In this document: positions 19,339 through 28,038 of the stretch, one piece after another
Layout: the number at the start of each line of letters is the position of its first letter
How positions within the stretch are numbered: position 1 is the stretch's first letter
Origin: an uncultured Pseudomonadales bacterium
GTDB taxonomy: Bacteria; Patescibacteriota; Microgenomatia; UBA1400; PJMF01
Assembly (NCBI GenBank): GCA_964570365.1
Contig: CAZMXT010000005.1
Location: 1-60,377 of the forward strand
Reading direction: 5' to 3'
Length of the DNA stretch: 60,377 nucleotides
Program-made: the position numbers and the translations under genes
The notes under the pieces: model-generated
Told to the model about the DNA's origin: nothing
What the model saw: only the letters and a program-made list of their open reading frames with translations
Databases searched by the model: none

Positions 19339-21063
19339 ATGAATGCTGATTCTCTTCATTGGAAAGTAGCAGGTCGAGCAGGCGAAGGAATTGACGTGAC
19401 TGGCTCGATGTTCGGCAAACTTTGTCTCCGTCAAGGCATGAATGTCTTTGCCTATAGAGAGTATCCTTCTCTGATTCGGGGCGGTCACAACACTCACCAA
19501 GTTCATGCATCTTTTCATCCCCTCACTTGCCAGCAACGCCAGATTGATTTAATGGTAGCTCTCAACGAAGAAGGTATTTCGTTACACGTAGATGAGTTAG
19601 GTGAAGGTTCAGTTGTTTTTTGTGAAGCGACGCAGGACAAAATCGATCTGAGTAAATATGCTGCGACTGGCGCCATTTTTTATGACGTACCAATGACCCA
19701 GATATCCCGTGAAGAAACCGGGCATTTCCTGGCTCAAAATGTAGTGTCATTAGGAGCCAGTGCTTGGGTACTTGGCTTAGATATCGAGACTTTGAAGAAC
19801 GTGGTCACTGATCAGTTTCAAGAAAAAGGTGACAAAGTCGTGGAAATGAATCACCGAGCCTTATTCCGTGGCTATGACTTTGCCAAAGCAAACTGCCAAC
19901 CAATTAAACCTACGTTTGAAAAGCGACCAAATACCCAGATCCTCTTAACCGGCAACCAGGCTGTCGCAATTGGCGCAGTCTCAGCTGGCCTCCAATATTT
20001 TAGTGCGTATCCTATGACCCCAACTTCAGAGGTGCTCCATACTGTAGCAGCTCTCCAAGATAAATTTCCATTGGTGGTCAAACACGCTGAAGACGAGATC
20101 TCAGCTGTCAATCAGGCCATTGGCGCTTCGTACGCTGGAGTGCGCGCCATGACTGCTTCTGCGACTGGCGGCTATGCCTTAATGGTAGAGGCGACTTCGC
20201 TGGCTGCAATTATGGAAACTCCATTGGTCATCTGCGTTGGCCAACGACCCGGTCCAGCGACTGGTCTTCCAACATGGACATGTCAATCAGATCTGCAGTT
20301 TATTCTGCACGCTGGCCACGGAGAGATTCCTAAGATTGTCTTCACCCCAGCCTCTGTGCAAGAACACTTTGAACTGACTCGCTTGGCTTTTGAACTTGCC
20401 GAAAAATATCACTTGATTGTCTTTGTCTTGTCAGACAAATTTGCACTGGAATCTTATGCCAGCATGCCTACACCAGCAGAGATGTATCAAAACGAACGTT
20501 ACAGTTTTGTGACTGAGCCATTGCCAGCCGATGACTCATATCGCCGATTTGAGGTGACCGAAGCTGGCTATTCTCCTCGCTCTATCCCCGGACAAGCACA
20601 CGGCTTAAGCGTTACCAATAGTTATGAGCACGACGAGTTTGGGTATGCCACTGAAAGCGCTGAGTTGACCAAAACCATGAACGCGAAGCGCCAGCGAAAA
20701 CTGATTGCCGTGGCTGCTGACTTACCTGAACCGGTTGTGGTTGGTCCGGCCGAAGCCAAAGTAACACTAGTAAGTTGGGGCTCAACTCGCTTAGTTTTAG
20801 AAGAGGTGATTCGCCGGATGCCAGCTGGAGAAGTGAATGCCATTCACATCCCTTGCGCTTGGCCATTTCCTCAGGCTCGTTTTGCTGAGCTTGCAGGCGT
20901 TGCTCAGAAGCTGATCATGGTTGAAGCCAACGTTACCGGTCAAATGGCCCAACTTATTCGTCAAGAAACTGGCATCCAGATGGATCACCATATCCGCCGT
21001 TTTGACGGCCGACCTTTTTACGCTGAGGAAATACTAGCAGAGCTTGAGCGCATGAACGGATAA
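19339..21063 (+). CDS. 2-oxoacid:ferredoxin oxidoreductase, alpha (gamma-alpha fused) subunit
   Basis: N-terminal gamma-like domain (WKVAGRAGEGID) followed by the pyrimidine-binding alpha domain (GNQAVAIGAVSAGLQYFSAYPMTPTSE). Confidence 0.85.
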   Translation: MNADSLHWKVAGRAGEGIDVTGSMFGKLCLRQGMNVFAYREYPSLIRGGHNTHQVHASFHPLTCQQRQIDLMVALNEEGISLHVDELGEGSVVFCEATQDKIDLSKYAATGAIFYDVPMTQISREETGHFLAQNVVSLGASAWVLGLDIETLKNVVTDQFQEKGDKVVEMNHRALFRGYDFAKANCQPIKPTFEKRPNTQILLTGNQAVAIGAVSAGLQYFSAYPMTPTSEVLHTVAALQDKFPLVVKHAEDEISAVNQAIGASYAGVRAMTASATGGYALMVEATSLAAIMETPLVICVGQRPGPATGLPTWTCQSDLQFILHAGHGEIPKIVFTPASVQEHFELTRLAFELAEKYHLIVFVLSDKFALESYASMPTPAEMYQNERYSFVTEPLPADDSYRRFEVTEAGYSPRSIPGQAHGLSVTNSYEHDEFGYATESAELTKTMNAKRQRKLIAVAADLPEPVVVGPAEAKVTLVSWGSTRLVLEEVIRRMPAGEVNAIHIPCAWPFPQARFAELAGVAQKLIMVEANVTGQMAQLIRQETGIQMDHHIRRFDGRPFYAEEILAELERMNG

Positions 21064-21066
21064 CTT

Positions 21067-22014
21067 ATGGAACCAAATTACACACCGCAATCACCAAATC
21101 CAGATCCTAGCCGCCAAGCGCAGCCTGGTGGAGGGTTGGAGAGCTCCCGTCATGCGACAATGAGCAAAGAGTCCCTAGAATCACCCTACTTTCCAACCTG
21201 GTGTCCTGGTTGTGGCAACTTTGGTGTCTGGACGGCTTTTAAAAATGCTCTCATTGAACTTGCTATCCCCGAAGAAGAAGTGGTGATTGTGTACGGAGTG
21301 GGGTGTAGTGGCAACATGGCTGACTTCAATCGGGTCTACGGCTTCCATGCGTTGCACGGCCGAGCAATTCCTAGTGCTGTTGCGATGAAGATGGCAAACC
21401 ACAGATTAAAAGTGATCGTGGTCGCTGGCGATGGTGATACATACGGTGAAGGTCTGAATCACTTTATTTCTGCCATGCGCGGGAATCACGATATTACATT
21501 GCTGATTCATGATAACCAAGTCTACGGCTTAACTACAGGTCAGACTGCTCCTACTACTGAAAAGGGAACCAAGACCAAATCTACCCCCGCTGGCGCACCG
21601 GAGATGCCTATTAATCCATTAGGCCTCGCACTGACCGCAGATGCCAGTTTTATTGCTCGGGGCTTTGCCGGAAACATTGGTCACCTGACTTACATGATTA
21701 AGCAAGCGATTCTGCATGAAGGTATTTCCTTAGTAGACATGTTCCAACCGTGCTTCACCTTCAATAAACATAATACGTATCACTACTTTAAAGAGCGTGT
21801 CTATGACCTTCAGCAAGCCGGCCACGACATGCAAAATAAAGAAGAGGCTTGGCGAAAAAGTAGAGAGCACGACAAGTTGCCCATTGGTATTTTTTACCAA
21901 GACCCTCACTCTATACCGTTTCACGCCAGCCTTTCCCAACTACAGCCTGGCCCTCTCGTCCATCAGTCTATTGCCAACGTCGAGCTAGGAAAAGTGCTTC
22001 CTAGCTTCAGATAG
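21067..22014 (+). CDS. 2-oxoacid:ferredoxin oxidoreductase, beta (TPP-binding) subunit
   Basis: WCPGCGNFG and the TPP motif VVAGDGDTYGEGLNH...DNQVYGLTTGQ. Confidence 0.85.
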   Translation: MEPNYTPQSPNPDPSRQAQPGGGLESSRHATMSKESLESPYFPTWCPGCGNFGVWTAFKNALIELAIPEEEVVIVYGVGCSGNMADFNRVYGFHALHGRAIPSAVAMKMANHRLKVIVVAGDGDTYGEGLNHFISAMRGNHDITLLIHDNQVYGLTTGQTAPTTEKGTKTKSTPAGAPEMPINPLGLALTADASFIARGFAGNIGHLTYMIKQAILHEGISLVDMFQPCFTFNKHNTYHYFKERVYDLQQAGHDMQNKEEAWRKSREHDKLPIGIFYQDPHSIPFHASLSQLQPGPLVHQSIANVELGKVLPSFR

Positions 22015-22103
22015 GAAGTTCCTCAACACAGTGAATTTTTGATCTATTTTGATAACTAAAGATCTAATTGAAACTTCGCCTTCCCTTCGGTTAAAGTGAG
22101 ATC

Positions 22104-22128
22104 TATTCGGAATATATTCGCCCGAATA
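22104..22128. promoter_or_regulatory. dyad symmetry element upstream of lexA (candidate operator)
   Basis: TATTCGG (22104-22110) and CCGAATA (22122-22128) form a 7-bp inverted repeat separated by 11 nt. It overlaps a perfect 10-bp palindrome GAATATATTC (22110-22119). It sits between a CTTCGG-TTAAAGT -10-like element and the AAAAGGA Shine-Dalgarno sequence. Confidence 0.3.
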
Positions 22129-22138
22129 AAAGGATCTT

Positions 22139-22759
22139 ATGCCTATCACCCTTTACAAACGCCAGCGCCAAATTGTCGATTTTATTGCTCAATATATTCA
22201 GAAGAACGGCTACTCTCCAACGCTACAAGAAATCGCAAACTCCATTGGTGTTTCTTCACTGGCTACGGTTCACGAACACCTTCAAGCTCTGCAGCGCAAA
22301 AAAGTAATCAAGAAGTTTGAAGGCGCAGTCCGTGGTATTGAGTTGCTCGACCGAACTCAACTCCGAATTACTGACAGTATAGACCTACCTATGCTGGGCT
22401 TTATCGCCGCTGGCTCACCCATCGAACCTCACTCGGATCCAAATGCCACCTTTAAGGTTTCACCAGAAATGATCAGTGGCAAGAAAAGATCGTACGTCCT
22501 TCAAGTTAAAGGAGAGTCGATGATCGAAGATCACATTGCCAGTGGCGACTTTGTGGTGATTGAAGAAACCAAAGAAGTAAATAACGGTGACATTGTGGTT
22601 GCCTTATTAGATAACGGTTTGGCCACTCTGAAGCGATTTTATAAAGAAGCAACACGCGTTCGCCTTGAACCTGCTAACTCTAGCATGAGTCCAATTTACG
22701 CCACCAATGTTCAGATTCAGGGTAAAGTAGTGGGGCTGATTCGCAAGTTTGCGGTGTAG
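22139..22759 (+). CDS. lexA: LexA repressor
   Basis: N-terminal winged-helix (RQRQIVDFIAQYIQKNGYSPTLQEIA), an AAG cleavage-site context (FIAAGSP), and the S24 peptidase GESMIED ... KRF. Confidence 0.9.
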   Translation: MPITLYKRQRQIVDFIAQYIQKNGYSPTLQEIANSIGVSSLATVHEHLQALQRKKVIKKFEGAVRGIELLDRTQLRITDSIDLPMLGFIAAGSPIEPHSDPNATFKVSPEMISGKKRSYVLQVKGESMIEDHIASGDFVVIEETKEVNNGDIVVALLDNGLATLKRFYKEATRVRLEPANSSMSPIYATNVQIQGKVVGLIRKFAV

Positions 22760-22781
22760 CTGTGAGCTCGCATTTAGTAGT

Positions 22782-23420
22782 ATGAAAAAACTCTTTTTAG
22801 CATCATATGCGCTTGAAACTCTGGAGCTAATTCGCCCCCTTTTGTCCAAGTCACCTACCGAACTGAAAGCAGTCTTTATAGCGAATGCTGCTGATCCTTA
22901 CGAAGACAAAGGTTTTGTTTTTGTAGAAAAAGACAAATTACTTGAAATGGGCTTTGAAGTAATCGAGATAGATCTTCGAAAAACTCAGGGGGAAAAACTA
23001 GTTACTGCACTAACAGGTATTGACGTAGTCCTAGTAGCAGGAGGAAACACCTTCTATTTGCTGGACCAAGTTAGAAAGAGCGGATTCGATGTACTAGTAA
23101 AGAAATTGGTAGAAAAAGGAGTGTTATACATTGGTTCAAGTGCGGGATCAATTATATGTTGCCCCACTATTGAAGGTGCGAAACGATTTGATAATCCAGA
23201 TGAAGCACCTGATCTAAAGGACTACATTGGGTTGAATCTGATTGACAAAATTCTTATTCCCCACTCCCAAGCAGAAAAATATGTTCTGAGAACACACCAG
23301 ACTACTAAAGACATGAACAACATGGGATATGATGTCATTGCATTAACCGATCACCAAGCAATTATTGTGGAGGGGAAGGAAATTCGAGTCACTGAGCTTC
23401 GTGGAGCACTCTCTCAGTAG
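22782..23420 (+). CDS. S51 family peptidase (dipeptidase E-like)
   Basis: GGNTFYLLDQVRKSGF and GSSAGSIICCP (nucleophile Ser) are typical of peptidase E. The ATG at 22782 is preferred over the extended ORF. Confidence 0.75.
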   Translation: MKKLFLASYALETLELIRPLLSKSPTELKAVFIANAADPYEDKGFVFVEKDKLLEMGFEVIEIDLRKTQGEKLVTALTGIDVVLVAGGNTFYLLDQVRKSGFDVLVKKLVEKGVLYIGSSAGSIICCPTIEGAKRFDNPDEAPDLKDYIGLNLIDKILIPHSQAEKYVLRTHQTTKDMNNMGYDVIALTDHQAIIVEGKEIRVTELRGALSQ

Positions 23421-23430
23421 TCCAGCGCCA

Positions 23431-23970
23431 TTACGGCTGAAACTTCTTTTCCTGGTACTTTTCTTCGTGATTTACGAAGCAACGAAGTACAAATAAGTAG
23501 TCCGACAACCTATTGACGTACTGGAAAATGACTGAAGATACTTCGGTAGTTCGAGAGTAGCGAACCACCAAACGCTCTAGACGTCGACTAACCGTCCTTG
23601 CTACATCTACAACTGCAGCGGCTTCATTCCCTCCAGGAAAGATAAACTTGGTAGTCCAGTCTTTGTCCATCTTACTCTGGAGTTCATTTGAGTGGGTTTC
23701 TAACAACTTCAAGGTTGTTTCTTCTATCTTTACTTTGGGGGAATGAGCCAGCTCTGCCCCAATATAAAATAAAGATTCCTGGATCTGCAAAAGAAAGTCT
23801 TTTTGCTCTTCAAAATGACCTGAAAGTTTAGCAACACAAAGACCCAGCCAAGAATTCAGCTCATCTTGAGTTCCCAGAACATCAAAGATTAACTCATCTT
23901 TACCCAGTCTCTCTCCATTCGCCAAGCCTGATTGGCCTTTGTCTCCGGTTTTGGTACTGACTGAGAGCAT
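23431..23970 (-). CDS. PduO-type ATP:cob(I)alamin adenosyltransferase
   Basis: N-terminus TKTGDKGQSGLANGERLGKD and the helical bundle motif FIFPGG are typical of the PduO/MMAB family. Confidence 0.8.
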   Translation of the reverse strand: MLSVSTKTGDKGQSGLANGERLGKDELIFDVLGTQDELNSWLGLCVAKLSGHFEEQKDFLLQIQESLFYIGAELAHSPKVKIEETTLKLLETHSNELQSKMDKDWTTKFIFPGGNEAAAVVDVARTVSRRLERLVVRYSRTTEVSSVIFQYVNRLSDYLFVLRCFVNHEEKYQEKKFQP

Positions 23971-23991
23971 ATGAGGTGTCCTTTTAGTTAT

Positions 23992-25059
23992 TTAATCTGA
24001 TATTAACAGAGTATTTGGGGGATCGCCTAAATCAATCAATGGACTTGGAAGAGTAGTATCCTGCGTGTTGAAAGGCATCACTTCTTCAGCCGTAGACAAT
24101 GCAGTCATTAAATCAATGTAAAATTCACTAAAACTCTGATATGCTTCGTTTAATTCATATTCACCTTCAGCAACTTTTCTAAAAACTCGATCGAGTCCCG
24201 GCAGGTAAGGTCTCAGGGAGTCATCTATGGTAGATTGTCCTTCTAATGGGAGGTAGGTTAAGGACCCTGCAATAAATTGACGTAAAAAGTCTACGTGAGA
24301 GATTTCTTTAAATTTCAGCTGCGCGTGAGGTATGCCAAAAGGAAGGTTGTGCAGAGTCAGTATCTGATAAAGCACGACCATAAATGAGTAGATATCATTT
24401 CTGTATGTTATTTCTCCAAGAGTGAGTGAAGGGATGTAGTGATAGACAGGAGTTGCAAAAATTTCATCTCTTACTTGATTAGATGACCCCCAATCTGCTA
24501 AAACTGGCTCGTCAAGCGTGTTGGTTTCTAGAAGGATATTTGAAGGTTTGATATCTACATGATATATGGGTGGGTTCTGAGTATGTGCCGTTATCAGAGC
24601 TTCTCCAATTCTTCTTGCAAGTGTAGTGAGTTCTTGAAGGTTCACGCCTATTTCTCTTGCCACAAATTGTTCAGATAAAGTCCCACCGAGACAGTTTTTC
24701 ATTACTAATTGCAGCTCACCATCTGCAAAACTGTAGCCAACTACTTTAACAAAACCACTTTTTCCTGAAAAAAGAAGGGCTACTGCAATTTCTCGACGGG
24801 CAGCTTTTTCCCAGTTTGGATCCTCACTTTTAATAAATCTTTTAATTTTTACCCACTCACCACTGCGTAATTGAGCATTTTCCAAGACCACACCTTTGTG
24901 CTGCTTTTTAACAGTAACATCTTCGGAGGGGGGGTTAAAAAAATCGGGAATATTCCTGTCTCGTCGATCTTCTGATTGCGCAAACTCATCGGGATCTGTC
25001 TCAGTTTCAGAAGTTGCTCCTAAGTCCCTGGGCATGTGCTCTGAGGAAGAATCTGTCAT
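23992..25059 (-). CDS. Hanks-type serine/threonine protein kinase
   Basis: Catalytic loop HVDIKPSNILL, LADWGSS (DFG-like), and an acidic N-terminal extension. No TM segment. Confidence 0.85.
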   Translation of the reverse strand: MTDSSSEHMPRDLGATSETETDPDEFAQSEDRRDRNIPDFFNPPSEDVTVKKQHKGVVLENAQLRSGEWVKIKRFIKSEDPNWEKAARREIAVALLFSGKSGFVKVVGYSFADGELQLVMKNCLGGTLSEQFVAREIGVNLQELTTLARRIGEALITAHTQNPPIYHVDIKPSNILLETNTLDEPVLADWGSSNQVRDEIFATPVYHYIPSLTLGEITYRNDIYSFMVVLYQILTLHNLPFGIPHAQLKFKEISHVDFLRQFIAGSLTYLPLEGQSTIDDSLRPYLPGLDRVFRKVAEGEYELNEAYQSFSEFYIDLMTALSTAEEVMPFNTQDTTLPSPLIDLGDPPNTLLISD

Positions 25060-25060
25060 A

Positions 25061-25399
25061 CTAGGAATTATCTCCCAATAGCTGAGAGAACTTTACACTT
25101 GGTGGCTCTGTTGCAAGCGCGACAGCGCGGGCTATAAGTCTAAGTACTCGATGAGAAATAACACTGCTTGAGTCTTCAAGGAAGCCAGCAGTTTGCTCAT
25201 AATTACTCAATCTATTCATAAGTGTGCGAGGAAAAGCAAATGTATTTATTTCATCTTTAAGCTCACCAAAAATCTCTATCACCGCGAGAACAAATTTTTG
25301 TTCGCATTCTGTGTAAGGTATAGGAGTTCCCTCTGTACCTAAGCAATTCGGTTGCATATACTCAGCAAGTTGAGCAAGATGTTGTAGGTTTATTGGCAT
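25061..25399 (-). CDS. hypothetical protein upstream of the kinase
   Basis: The ORF ends 1 nt before the kinase start. The MPINLQHL start at 25399 is preferred over the tracked TTG at 25438. No family recognised. Confidence 0.4.
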   Translation of the reverse strand: MPINLQHLAQLAEYMQPNCLGTEGTPIPYTECEQKFVLAVIEIFGELKDEINTFAFPRTLMNRLSNYEQTAGFLEDSSSVISHRVLRLIARAVALATEPPSVKFSQLLGDNS

Positions 25400-25426
25400 A
25401 TTCCTTTGAGTATACTCTAAGTATTT

Positions 25427-26434
25427 ATGAGAAAACAATTATATGCCAATGAGCACGTTTTTTTGGAGTTATCTCCTAAGTGGCGTAATCTCCTCATGGG
25501 CGCGGCGTCAAGCTACATTTTTCTAACACCACAATTTCTTTCAGTCTGGTGGAAATATTTTGGGGCAGGGGAGCTGATCATACTAGGAATAGATAACGAA
25601 GATAAAAAGCTAAGTGCTATTTTTCCATTGCATTCTATAAAACTAGCAGATAACAGAACTCAGCTTTCATTTCTGGGCGATCTTTCCGTTTCTGATTACT
25701 TGGATGTAATTATTCCCGAGGAAAATTTAGAAACCAGCTGGGATGTATTTGAACAATTTCTGAGTGAAAATCAGGAATGGAACTTACTAGATTTAATCAG
25801 TATCCCAGAGGCATCATCGACCAGAAAATTTCTTGAAAAGATTGCCCTAAGACAGAACTGGAAATACCAAGCATCTCAGCAAACCGTTTGTCCAATAATT
25901 ACCCTTCCATCCAGCTGGGATCAGTACTTAATTCAAGTCGGGAAGAAGCAGCGTCATGAAATTCGGCGCAAGTGGAAAAATTTAAGCGAGGCAGTAAAGC
26001 TCAGCTTTTCCGTGATTGAAAATGGTCCAGAAGTATCACAAGCCGCTGAGGACTTCATCCGCCTTCACCAGCTTTCAAGCGCAGAGAAAGCCAGCTTCTG
26101 GCATTCAAAGCTGGTGAGTTACTTTACAGATTTAATAAAAATCGCAGCTGAAGAAGGCTGGCTAAAGTTATATTTTTTGGAGGTAGAAGGCGTCCGAGCT
26201 GCTACTATGCTCTGCTTTAGTTACAATAATCAAACATATGTCTATAACTCTGGATTTGATGCAGCTAAATTTGGCCACCTAGGAGTTGGGCAAGTTCTCA
26301 TTTCTTACACCATCCAGCAAGCAATTGAATTAGGTCATAGCCGTTATGATTTCTTACGGGGGGATGAAGACTACAAGTTCCGCTTTGGCGCAAAACCAGA
26401 AGCGGTATTTGATATTCACATTCAGCGCACTTAA
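25427..26434 (+). CDS. FemAB-like/BioF2-like GNAT-fold protein
   Basis: The C-terminal half (YVYNSGFDAAKFGHLGVGQVLISYTIQQAIELGHSRYDFLRGDEDYKFRFGA) matches the pattern of the Acetyltransf_6/FemAB-like family. Confidence 0.6.
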   Translation: MRKQLYANEHVFLELSPKWRNLLMGAASSYIFLTPQFLSVWWKYFGAGELIILGIDNEDKKLSAIFPLHSIKLADNRTQLSFLGDLSVSDYLDVIIPEENLETSWDVFEQFLSENQEWNLLDLISIPEASSTRKFLEKIALRQNWKYQASQQTVCPIITLPSSWDQYLIQVGKKQRHEIRRKWKNLSEAVKLSFSVIENGPEVSQAAEDFIRLHQLSSAEKASFWHSKLVSYFTDLIKIAAEEGWLKLYFLEVEGVRAATMLCFSYNNQTYVYNSGFDAAKFGHLGVGQVLISYTIQQAIELGHSRYDFLRGDEDYKFRFGAKPEAVFDIHIQRT

Positions 26435-27144
26435 TCGCTTTTTATTGCTTTAAATAAAAAATGACTTGCCAATAACTGTTGGCCTTTTTCAGAAGCAAGA
26501 GCGAGTTGATACAGCTCTTTTTGTCCCTGGATACTCTGCAGCTGTCTTTTCGGTTCAGCAAGATTCTGCGAGGCATGGAAAGAGAATGCTTGCTCTTTTA
26601 TATCGGTGTACTGAGAAATATCTACAGTGTGAGTAATTGGCATTGGCTCGTAATAAATATACTTCCATTTAGATCCATCAACATGGAAGTGGGATAACAA
26701 AAAAATATCCGGCGAAGATTTTGCCTGCTGGACAGCTAAGGTCGCTGCGATAGAAACTCCAACATGATCCAAGTGAAAATACCAACCTGAGTGATCAAAA
26801 GTAATCACTACGTCTGGCTTATGAAGATCAATCAACTTGATAAAAGTAGTAGTAAGTTTTCCCCAAACCAGTTGATTAGTGATCTGCCCATCCTCAAAAT
26901 CGAGAATTTCGAGAGTTGTTATACCTAGTAAGGATTTTACTTGTTGAAGTTCGTGGCGACGCAAATTTCCTACAAAACCTAATTCTTTAAACTTTTGCTG
27001 TGCAGCTTCACTGACTTCGCCTGCCGACCCATCAGTGGCCAAGACAATATGGACTTCATCTCCATGCTCTACAAGCTGTTTAATTGTTCCAGCACAGGCA
27101 ACTGTTTCATCGTCTGGATGGGCAAAAAGAAAGAGGTACTTCAT
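26431..27144 (-). CDS. PIG-L/LmbE family deacetylase
   Basis: MKYLFLFAHPDDE at the N-terminus and HLDHV further on. The start at 27144 is preferred over the extended ORF. Confidence 0.8.
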   Translation of the reverse strand: MKYLFLFAHPDDETVACAGTIKQLVEHGDEVHIVLATDGSAGEVSEAAQQKFKELGFVGNLRRHELQQVKSLLGITTLEILDFEDGQITNQLVWGKLTTTFIKLIDLHKPDVVITFDHSGWYFHLDHVGVSIAATLAVQQAKSSPDIFLLSHFHVDGSKWKYIYYEPMPITHTVDISQYTDIKEQAFSFHASQNLAEPKRQLQSIQGQKELYQLALASEKGQQLLASHFLFKAIKSD

Positions 27145-27190
27145 AAATGACCTAAGGTAACTGCTGGCAGTTTGTGGGTAAGAAGTAATC

Positions 27191-27967
27191 TCACCTCTTC
27201 CGCACATTTCCTTCCTTCTTCACTTTTCCTTTTTTCCAGTCTGCTTTGATCAGCATTGGTGCATAAGCATCATCTTCCAACTCTATCTTCAAAGCGGCCA
27301 ACTCTTCTTCGGTCGGCGCGTGGTCTTGGAAAACCACAGCTTTCACATCTCTGACCACCGCGAGTGGCGTAGACTCAGCTCCTTCGCCCATTTCCAGTAC
27401 GGCTGCGATGGTGACACTCTGCATAATGTTCACTTGTTCCATCTTCATCAGTCGTCCAAATAGGTCTGGCTTATCAATATAACTTTTGAGAGGAGAAAAA
27501 CCACAGTGCGCAATAGCATGACCAATAACCCCCCAGTTCAGTGGGATACTTGTACTGTCAGACATCGTCACACCTACTTCCTTGACGCCATAATGCTCAC
27601 GCAGAAAGTGCCAAATTTTATTGACTGATTTTTGCGGATCCTTTGGCCACAGAATATATTGGTTATCAGCATTTGATTCATCGATACCTGCATTCACAAA
27701 TATCCAGTTCCGGTGAACAGTTAACATTAAGTTGTACCTGGAAGAATGTGGCTCAATATACAGCTCTGCTTCTTGGCGAACTAGCTCATGTTTTTCTTCT
27801 TTTTCTCCAGTTTCTTTGGGGACAAAGCGATTTTCGCAAGTACTCACGATCTTTGAAGCAATCACTAAAAAGCTCCGCTCGGGGAGAAATGGTATGGCAT
27901 TGGCGATCACATTTTGAAGCGTGTCTTTTTTAGTGACCAGTGGTGTAGGATAGGCGGAAACTTTCAT
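27191..27967 (-). CDS. CofE/FbiB-like gamma-glutamyl ligase family protein
   Basis: The N-terminal third (VIASKIVSTCENRF) and NAGIDESN are typical of F420-0:gamma-glutamyl ligase-like proteins. TATACT lies 7 nt upstream of the ATG. Confidence 0.65.
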   Translation of the reverse strand: MKVSAYPTPLVTKKDTLQNVIANAIPFLPERSFLVIASKIVSTCENRFVPKETGEKEEKHELVRQEAELYIEPHSSRYNLMLTVHRNWIFVNAGIDESNADNQYILWPKDPQKSVNKIWHFLREHYGVKEVGVTMSDSTSIPLNWGVIGHAIAHCGFSPLKSYIDKPDLFGRLMKMEQVNIMQSVTIAAVLEMGEGAESTPLAVVRDVKAVVFQDHAPTEEELAALKIELEDDAYAPMLIKADWKKGKVKKEGNVRKR

Positions 27968-28026
27968 AGTTCTGAGTATATCGCAGCTTTATCCCAATAG
28001 GAGGTGGGCCTTAGGAAAAACTTCGG

Positions 28027-28032
28027 TATAAT
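28027..28032 (+). promoter_or_regulatory. -10 element (CTTCGG-TATAAT), 6 nt upstream of the uvrB ATG
   Basis: TATAAT at 28027-28032, a GAGTAG spacer, ATG at 28039, and no Shine-Dalgarno sequence. Confidence 0.55.
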
Positions 28033-28038
28033 GAGTAG

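Noticed and set aside
23431-25399. Kinase operon (hypothetical protein - Ser/Thr kinase - PduO-type adenosyltransferase) as a novel system
   Set aside because: The adjacency is real, but I have no motif-level evidence of functional linkage. PduO-like proteins are widespread housekeeping or moonlighting enzymes. I left them as annotated features only.
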